From the NCBI GenBank assembly GCA_007131405.1, contig SLQR01000023.1:1-59472 (forward strand): a stretch of DNA of 59,472 nt, read 5' to 3'. The number at the start of each line of letters is the position of its first letter. Position 1 is the first letter of the stretch. Positions 54,315-59,472 of this stretch are shown piece after piece. The translations under genes and the position numbers were made by a program. Origin of the DNA: Candidatus Izemoplasma sp. GTDB lineage: Bacteria; Bacillota_I; Bacilli_A; Izemoplasmatales; Izemoplasmataceae. Under the pieces are notes generated by a model that ran no database searches, was not told the DNA's origin, and saw only the letters and a program-made list of their open reading frames with translations.

Positions 54315-54670
54315 CACGCACGCTCCTCAAACACTTGCAAAAGCGATTCATACACTTTTTCATTGGCTTCTTCATAATAAAACTTAATTTTATTGCCAAC
54401 GAGGTTAATCCCCACAGCACCACTTGATTTTAACATCTCCATATCGGTTCGTTTGACATCACGCACTTCAACATTAATCTTATTACGCACAAAACGCACC
54501 GCTTGAATGTTGCCTTTTCCAAGTGCCGAAAGAATCACGTCAACATCAATTGTATCGGGTTTCTTTTTACGCAATATACCAAGCAAAATAGCAATCAGCA
54601 AAAAGATTCCCGTTAAGATTGCAATGGCTAAATAGCGATTGTCCTCTATCCATATAAGTACAGTGTCCAT
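54314..54670 (-). CDS. membrane-anchored PTS EIIB(Glc)-like domain protein lacking the active-site cysteine
   Basis: N-terminal TM helix (YLAIAILTGIFLLIAILLGIL), then ILSALGKGNIQAVRFVRNKINVEVRDVKRTDMEMLKSSGAVGINLVGNKIKF. This aligns by eye with E. coli PtsG IIB, [52 protein letters not shown]. The Cys position is Val. Confidence 0.7.
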   Translation of the reverse strand: MDTVLIWIEDNRYLAIAILTGIFLLIAILLGILRKKKPDTIDVDVILSALGKGNIQAVRFVRNKINVEVRDVKRTDMEMLKSSGAVGINLVGNKIKFYYEEANEKVYESLLQVFEERA

Positions 54671-54774
54671 TCCATCACGCCCAATCGTTAGTTTGTGTAT
54701 ATTTTATCACAGTTCATTTATTTTTCATATGAATTCGGTTATAATGAATAAAAAGTCGAAAGCGAGTGATTTTC

Positions 54775-55185
54775 ATGACCATTGTAATCGCTAATGATAA
54801 AAAAAGTTTGCTTGATCATTTCTATATACGCGGACAAGTTTTTATTGTTGAACAAGTCATTGACTGGACCGAGGAATTTGATGATTGGGATTACGATTCA
54901 ACCCATTTTGTGCTATATGATAACAACGAACCTATTGGCGCAGCTCGTCTGTACAAAAATAAAGTTGGACGCGTGGCCGTTTTAAAGAATCATCGCCATA
55001 AAAAAGCCGGAACCATTCTAATGCATGCGGTTGAAGAGGAAGCCAAAAGACAAGGCATAAAAACCTTAGAACTTGGGGCACAGTACTACATCATCCCGTT
55101 TTATGAATCCCTTGGTTATACAGCTTATGGTGATATTTATCTTGATGCCGACATTGAACACAGAATGATGAAAAAAGATTTATAA
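54775..55185 (+). CDS. GNAT family N-acetyltransferase
   Basis: GRVAVLKNHRHKKAGTILMHAVEEEAKRQG (acetyl-CoA motif A) ...FYESLGY. ATG 54775 is preferred over the GTG at 54766. Confidence 0.85.
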   Translation: MTIVIANDKKSLLDHFYIRGQVFIVEQVIDWTEEFDDWDYDSTHFVLYDNNEPIGAARLYKNKVGRVAVLKNHRHKKAGTILMHAVEEEAKRQGIKTLELGAQYYIIPFYESLGYTAYGDIYLDADIEHRMMKKDL

Positions 55186-55199
55186 ATGGCGCTTATGAT

Positions 55200-55228
55200 T
55201 TGCACTTAGCCAAATAAAACGCTATAAT
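55200..55228 (+). promoter_or_regulatory. sigma-A promoter TTGCAC-17-TATAAT for ppa
   Basis: TTGCAC 55200-55205, 17-nt spacer, TATAAT 55223-55228. Confidence 0.7.
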
Positions 55229-55251
55229 ATTTTTTAAGAAAGTAGGAAACT

Positions 55252-55755
55252 ATGGACAAAGTAATCGAAGCTGTCATCGAAATTCCGATGGGCACAAAAA
55301 ACAAATACGAGATCGATAAAGAGCGCAACCGTATTAAACTTGACCGTGTTCTTTATTCGCAAATGACCTATCCAGCTGAGTATGGGTACATTGAGAATAC
55401 GCTTGCTGAAGATGACGATCCCCTTGATATTTTAGTCATCGCGAGTAGTCAAACCTTTCCAGGTTGTATTGTCGACGCGCGTGTTATTGGCTACTTAGAT
55501 ATGGTTGATAATGATGAAAAAGATGAAAAAATCATTGCTGTCATGGATCATGATCCTCGATTCAGCCACATCCACAAAATGGCGGATGTTCAAGAGCACA
55601 TGTTAAGAGAAATTAAACATTTCTTTAAAACATATAAAGACCTTCAACAAAATAAGAAAGTTGAAGTGTATGAGTTTCACGATAAGGAAGCCGCGATACA
55701 GTTAATTGATGACTGTATCAAGCGCTACAAAAAAGAAGGAAAAGAGGAGACATAG
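55252..55755 (+). CDS. ppa: inorganic pyrophosphatase (family I)
   Basis: VIEIPMGTKNKYEIDKE, YPAEYGYIENTLAEDDDPLDILV, DEKDEKIIAV. Confidence 0.95.
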   Translation: MDKVIEAVIEIPMGTKNKYEIDKERNRIKLDRVLYSQMTYPAEYGYIENTLAEDDDPLDILVIASSQTFPGCIVDARVIGYLDMVDNDEKDEKIIAVMDHDPRFSHIHKMADVQEHMLREIKHFFKTYKDLQQNKKVEVYEFHDKEAAIQLIDDCIKRYKKEGKEET

Positions 55756-55756
55756 T

Positions 55757-56152
55757 ATGGCAAACCAAGTTAAAATTGTTTTTGACAACCAGTTTCATGG
55801 CATTGTGACTGGGCACCATGGATCAAGTCAGATTGGTCCAGCTGAGGGTGCACTCGCTGCATATGATATGGTTTTAGGTGGTTTAGGCGCTTGTTTAAAT
55901 CACACTTTCCAAACCGTAATGGACAAAAAACGATTGCAGTTTCAAGCGATTAAATATGATATTGTCGGAAAAAAACGCGAAGAAGTTCCGACAACCCTTA
56001 ACCATGTTCAAGTTGATGTGGTTGTGACTGGTGTTGAAGAAAAAGACCACAACCAAGTCACAAAAGCCTTTGAACTCGCTACGAAATACTGCAGTGTATT
56101 TGTAACTTTATCACATGTTGCTGAGATGGAATGGACCATGACGTTCAACTAA
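55757..56152 (+). CDS. OsmC/Ohr family (peroxiredoxin-like) protein
   Basis: ATG 55757 (AGAGGAGA SD), 1 nt after the ppa stop. LGGLGACLNHTF and ATKYCSVFVTL give the two conserved-Cys contexts of the OsmC fold. Confidence 0.8.
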   Translation: MANQVKIVFDNQFHGIVTGHHGSSQIGPAEGALAAYDMVLGGLGACLNHTFQTVMDKKRLQFQAIKYDIVGKKREEVPTTLNHVQVDVVVTGVEEKDHNQVTKAFELATKYCSVFVTLSHVAEMEWTMTFN

Positions 56153-56428
56153 AAAACCGACAATTGTCGGTTTTTTTATTAGAGCATAAACGAAAACAAC
56201 GTTTAATTACCTCTTCCTCTTCTACTGGATGGTTACAACGCACAATCCCATATAAAGCCACAAAGATTAATACACTAATCCCAATCAATCCTAAATAACG
56301 CACCATTGGGCTTATGGAATTATAATGGCTAATGCCATCGGCTCTATTTTGAAAATCATCACGGTTGCCTTCATCTGAACATCCAATCGCCGATACTTAT
56401 CCCTAAAAAGATTATTGCTCATACTCAT
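56145..56428 (-). pseudogene. possible decayed small membrane or lipoprotein gene (frame-broken) downstream of the DUF4238-like gene
   Basis: My own three-frame reading finds ATG 56428 to a 38-codon ORF (MSMSNNLFRDKYRRLDVQMKATVMIFKIEPMALAIIIP). A second frame stays open from about 56397 to 56145 and reads VSAIGCSDEGNRDDFQNRADGISHYNSISPMVRYLGLIGISVLIFVALYGIVRCNHPVEEEEVIKR... A third frame fragment reads AIIFLGISIG. There is no convincing SD for the internal Met. Confidence 0.25.
56152..56178. terminator. rho-independent terminator after osmC (bidirectional-looking)
   Basis: AAAAACCGAC-AATT-GTCGGTTTTTTT. Confidence 0.8.
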
Positions 56429-56461
56429 CTTCTTCCCATCAACACTGAATCTATGTCTAAA

Positions 56462-57337
56462 CTATGAAACGATATTAAGTAAATTAATTATGCGCTTAAA
56501 CGCCGCTTTATCCATTGGATAATGTGGATCACGTTGAATCCGCATTTTCACAAGCTCAATGTTGCTTTCATCAACGACATATTTATCGGCATGGTCAATA
56601 ATATACATAAAGATTAACGCTTTAATCATCGCCTCATCTTGAAGATAATGCATCTTAATGACTTGTGGATCTTGAGCGTCTTTGTTGTAGTCCGTATCGC
56701 GTACAAAAATTAAATACATAGTACTCGACATTGGCTCAATAATGAGCGAAGGAAATTGTTCATTCCGTTCTAAAAAGTAATGAACGGATCCATACTTACT
56801 ATGCAGCGGAAACGCAATGCTCGTCTCATTCACAAGCAACACTGGTCGATAATGACGATGAGTCTTTTGAACGGTCGGATCGTCACGGGTTGTTTTGCTA
56901 ATCATCTCTTTATACAGATTTTCTTGAAACGCTTGGGTATCGACAACCTTCGCTTTAAACGGAATGCCTGTTTGTTTTTCAAGTGATTCAGCTTTGACTT
57001 TCACGCGTTTCAAATGGATATCATTGCGACGCCACATCACTTGAATAAAACAAATCAATTGAAAGTATTTTTCCTGTGTCAATAAAACGGTATCGACCTT
57101 TTGCTTTGCATGTCGAACAAAAATATTTCGAATCTTTCCAAACGGATCTTCGAATGTTTTATTTAATAGTGCCTCAATGTCTTTGCCATAAAACCCTTCA
57201 GCTTGAAACGCATCGCTAATCTTAGCTGTTTTGACACCGTCTTTGCTCAACACCATAATTTTCGCATTCGCTTTGGTGTTAGGGTTGTTAATTTGAAAAC
57301 CCCTTAAAATTGTCCTCGGTACAATATGTTGTTTCAT
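56462..57337 (-). CDS. hypothetical protein, DUF4238-like (family assignment tentative)
   Basis: ATG 57337 with a GGGAGGTG SD (the track TTG at 57352 lies in the SD). The N-terminus MKQHIVPRTILRGF resembles the HYVPxFYLxxF start of DUF4238 proteins, and the length (291 aa) is in the family range. No TM helix and no catalytic motif recognised. TATAAT at 57371-57366. Confidence 0.65.
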   Translation of the reverse strand: MKQHIVPRTILRGFQINNPNTKANAKIMVLSKDGVKTAKISDAFQAEGFYGKDIEALLNKTFEDPFGKIRNIFVRHAKQKVDTVLLTQEKYFQLICFIQVMWRRNDIHLKRVKVKAESLEKQTGIPFKAKVVDTQAFQENLYKEMISKTTRDDPTVQKTHRHYRPVLLVNETSIAFPLHSKYGSVHYFLERNEQFPSLIIEPMSSTMYLIFVRDTDYNKDAQDPQVIKMHYLQDEAMIKALIFMYIIDHADKYVVDESNIELVKMRIQRDPHYPMDKAAFKRIINLLNIVS

Positions 57338-57389
57338 GTGAGCACCTCCCAAGAGACTTTAACTTATTATACAATAAAAACGCTCTTCG

Positions 57390-57418
57390 TTGACGGTTAA
57401 TCAAAACTTTGCGATAAT
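57390..57418 (+). promoter_or_regulatory. sigma-A promoter TTGACG-17-GATAAT for the exporter gene
   Basis: TTGACG 57390-57395, 17-nt spacer, GATAAT 57413-57418. Confidence 0.65.
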
Positions 57419-57444
57419 AAAGAGACAAAGAAAGTTGGTGCCTT

Positions 57445-58425
57445 ATGAAACGGATTGTCCACACCATCATCAAAATGAGCATTGCCAGTTTTGTTTCAAT
57501 CATGATTGCATTAGCGATTGGACTCGACCACGCCATCGCCAGTGGAATATTGGCGGTTTTATCTGTACAGTTAACCCGAAAGGACTCTTATTTGCTTGCT
57601 GGAAAACGCATAAGTGATGCCATGCTTGCGCTTGCTTTAGCGACAATACTCTTTGTTTGGCTTGGGTATTCTGTTTGGGTATTTTCCGTCTTTACCGTCC
57701 TATTTATTACCTTATCTTTTGCGTTTAAAATTAATGAGGGGATTGTACCAAGTTTGGTCTTAGCGAGTCACCTTCTGCTTGAAGGCGCTTTTTCAGTTGG
57801 TGTGTTAGTCAATGCCTTTTTGCTGCTCGCCATTGCCGTGATGGTCACGTTGATACTGAATCTTATCTACCCACTTAAAAGTCAAGAAACCCTCAAGAAA
57901 ACAAGCGATGAAATCGATAATATCTTAAAAGATGAACTGTTTCATCTTGCGAAAAGTCTTAATGATCTTTCCCATAAAGACGCGTCCTATAAAGAACACC
58001 AAGCACTGAACACCTATCTAAATCAGCGGCTTAAAGAAGCCGAACTTGCAGATCGCGATATTTTGTTTGACAAAGACCGTCAAGCAATGCGTTATTTACG
58101 TATGCGTTTTGCGCAAATGAACCGGTTAGACCGCTTGTTTGAGTTATTGCTTAAGATCGATGAACCGCATCCTTATACTAGCGTATTGGCGACGTACATT
58201 GAATCCTTAAAGGACGATATTGGCCATGCCAACAAAGCCACACCACAAAAAGAAAAACTAATCGCATTGCTTAACGACTTTAGACAAAAACCACTTCCTG
58301 ATACCCGTCAATCTTTTGAGACACGCGCAACGCTTTATCAGATGATGTTTGAACTCGAAGGCTTGCTTGAAGAAAAAATCAGTTACCATGAGAGCATAAA
58401 AAAAACCTCGATAAACGAGGCTTAA
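57445..58425 (+). CDS. aromatic acid exporter (ArAE/FUSC-like, UPF0421) family membrane protein
   Basis: The N-terminal half has 4-5 TM helices (MKRIVHTIIKMSIASFVSIMIALAIGLDHAIASGILAVLSVQLTRKDS...) and the C-terminal half is a helical cytoplasmic domain. This is the typical architecture of the family. Confidence 0.8.
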   Translation: MKRIVHTIIKMSIASFVSIMIALAIGLDHAIASGILAVLSVQLTRKDSYLLAGKRISDAMLALALATILFVWLGYSVWVFSVFTVLFITLSFAFKINEGIVPSLVLASHLLLEGAFSVGVLVNAFLLLAIAVMVTLILNLIYPLKSQETLKKTSDEIDNILKDELFHLAKSLNDLSHKDASYKEHQALNTYLNQRLKEAELADRDILFDKDRQAMRYLRMRFAQMNRLDRLFELLLKIDEPHPYTSVLATYIESLKDDIGHANKATPQKEKLIALLNDFRQKPLPDTRQSFETRATLYQMMFELEGLLEEKISYHESIKKTSINEA

Positions 58426-58433
58426 ATTGCAAT

Positions 58434-58507
58434 TGGAGCGGGTGATGGGAATCGAACCCACACAGTCAGCTTGGAAGGCTGAAGTTCTACCATTAAACTA
58501 CACCCGC
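58434..58507 (-). tRNA. tRNA-Gly (anticodon UCC), CCA encoded
   Basis: Minus-strand GCGGGTGTAGTTTAATGGTAGAACTTCAGCCTTCCAAGCTGACTGTGTGGGTTCGATTCCCATCACCCGCTCCA. It folds by hand into a cloverleaf with a 7-bp acceptor stem, 4-bp D stem, 5-bp anticodon stem with loop CTTCCAA, and a T arm with GTTCGATTC. Confidence 0.95.
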
Positions 58508-58519
58508 GACATTGTTATA

Positions 58520-58548
58520 ATGATAGCATAACCAACGCGTTGAGTCAA
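58520..58548 (-). promoter_or_regulatory. sigma-A promoter TTGACT-17-TATCAT for tRNA-Gly
   Basis: Minus-strand TTGACT (58548-58543), 17-nt spacer, TATCAT (58525-58520). The -10 ends 12 nt before the mature tRNA 5' end. Confidence 0.6.
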
Positions 58549-58587
58549 GCGTATAAATCACAGATATGTTGATTTATACGCTTTTTT
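58548..58587 (+). terminator. strong hairpin with its T-tract on the plus strand only, between czcD and tRNA-Gly
   Basis: 13-bp perfect stem AGCGTATAAATCA / TGATTTATACGCT with a 9-nt loop, followed by TTTTTT on the plus strand. On the minus strand the hairpin is followed by TTGACTC only. Confidence 0.6.
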
Positions 58588-58598
58588 ATGATTCGAAT

Positions 58599-59468
58599 TT
58601 AGGCATTCGTTTTGGTTGATTTTGAGCGAAAGTCCCATTCAATAGTGCTGTGTTCAATGTTCATCGATTTTAGACGCTCTTTTATCATCTTTTTCGCCTC
58701 GCTCACGTCATTGTAACTCATGTCATAATCAAAGATAACATGCATCGTTAACATGGTTGTCGAACCCTCTAAGGACCACACATGCGTATGGTAAGCTCGA
58801 CGTACACCCACCACTTGACTCACTTCATGTTCGATTGCTTTAATGTTAATATCATCTGGGGTTTTTTGTAGAAGCACTTGAACAACACGTCGTAAGTTAC
58901 GACCAACATGAATCACAATGTAAATGATGATAAGAACTGATAAGATTGTGTCCAAAAAATACCATCCTACAAAGTACATTATCACACTGGTGATTAAAAT
59001 GGCGATCCAACCCAATAGGTCTTCAAGCAAATGCCATGTCACAATACGCTCGTGATAAGTGTCGCCGCCTTTGAGTTTTAGTACCGCCATGCCATTGAAA
59101 GCAATCCCTAAAAGCGATAAGATAAACATCCCTACGGCATCGACGGGTTCTGGATTTATGAGACGTGGTATCGCTTCACTTAAGATAAAGATTGCTGCAC
59201 CAAATAAGATAAAGCTTGAGACAAGTGCACCGAGCAAAGAGAAACGTTCATAGCCATAGGTATAGTCTTTGTCCGGTCTCTTCTTCGATTTCTTTTCAAA
59301 CATCCAAGAAAGAGCGAGTGAAAGCGTATCCCCAGCATCATGAATGGCATCGGTTAAAATCGCCATGCTGTTTGTTAGGATCGCGCCAATAATCTCAATA
59401 ATGGTAAAAACAAAGTTTAATACAAAAGCAATTCCCATGCGTCGTTCACTGCGTTCTTGTTTTGCCAT
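58599..59468 (-). CDS. czcD: cation diffusion facilitator family transporter (CzcD/ZitB-like)
   Basis: 289 aa. LTDAIHDAGD (TM2 metal site HDxxD), HLLEDLLGW (TM5 HxxxD), and a C-terminal cytoplasmic domain. The ATG is at 59466-59468, so the gene is complete in the window. Confidence 0.9.
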   Translation of the reverse strand: MAKQERSERRMGIAFVLNFVFTIIEIIGAILTNSMAILTDAIHDAGDTLSLALSWMFEKKSKKRPDKDYTYGYERFSLLGALVSSFILFGAAIFILSEAIPRLINPEPVDAVGMFILSLLGIAFNGMAVLKLKGGDTYHERIVTWHLLEDLLGWIAILITSVIMYFVGWYFLDTILSVLIIIYIVIHVGRNLRRVVQVLLQKTPDDINIKAIEHEVSQVVGVRRAYHTHVWSLEGSTTMLTMHVIFDYDMSYNDVSEAKKMIKERLKSMNIEHSTIEWDFRSKSTKTNA

Positions 59469-59472
59469 ACCA

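Noticed and set aside
1-59472. Scan for CRISPR repeats, IS elements or transposases, integrases, phage genes, rRNA and toxin-antitoxin pairs
   Set aside because: I found no regularly spaced direct repeats, no transposase- or integrase-like ORFs, and no rRNA-like sequence by eye. The only repeated motifs are the two T-box cores, which are expected.

Overview
This 59.5-kb segment comes from a low-GC Gram-positive (Bacillota-type) chromosome that uses the standard code, with TGA as a stop. I support about 62 protein genes, one tRNA-Gly(UCC) and two T-box riboswitches. The Ala T-box precedes alaS and the Trp T-box precedes a VOC-trpS pair. There are also many sigma-A-like promoters, rho-independent terminators and CcpA cre-like boxes. 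Most of the window is core housekeeping DNA whose order matches several Bacillus subtilis neighbourhoods: pgsA-recA-rny-(NUDIX)-ymdB; miaB-ymcA-(x)-mutS-(MTase)-mutL-miaA; yqeG-yqeH-yqeK-rsfS-yqeM-comEA-comEC-holA next to rpsT; and mtnN, greA, yrrO-yrrN-trmR-yrzB-ruvX-alaS and recD2. These are followed by a 5'-nucleotidase lipoprotein, pepP-like, gap, spx, pepF, trpS, ptsH, ppa, osmC and czcD. Sporulation, wall and other members of those neighbourhoods (cotE, spoVS, cinA, mltG, udk, nadD, aroD) are absent. This suggests a non-sporulating, streamlined lineage, perhaps Erysipelotrichia or Acholeplasma-like, but the window cannot decide that. The left arm (3.3-11 kb) holds an amino-acid catabolic cluster: tryptophanase, then buk-ptb-Leu/Phe dehydrogenase-divergent PEPCK-like-aminotransferase, with a perfect cre inside the buk promoter. 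I found no CRISPR array, IS element, integrase, prophage or rRNA. I did not find a clear multi-gene novel system. The most unusual loci are listed here. (1) An orphan DUF4238-like gene plus a decayed small membrane ORF near tRNA-Gly. (2) A tail-anchored protein with three Rho_N/SAP-like repeats that heads the mutS operon at the cotE position. (3) A SAM methyltransferase wedged between mutS and mutL. (4) A VOC-family gene under Trp T-box control with trpS. (5) A Cys-less, membrane-anchored EIIB-like protein translationally coupled to ptsH. (6) A divergent PEPCK-like protein. All family assignments come from reading the translated sequences by eye; no database search was run.
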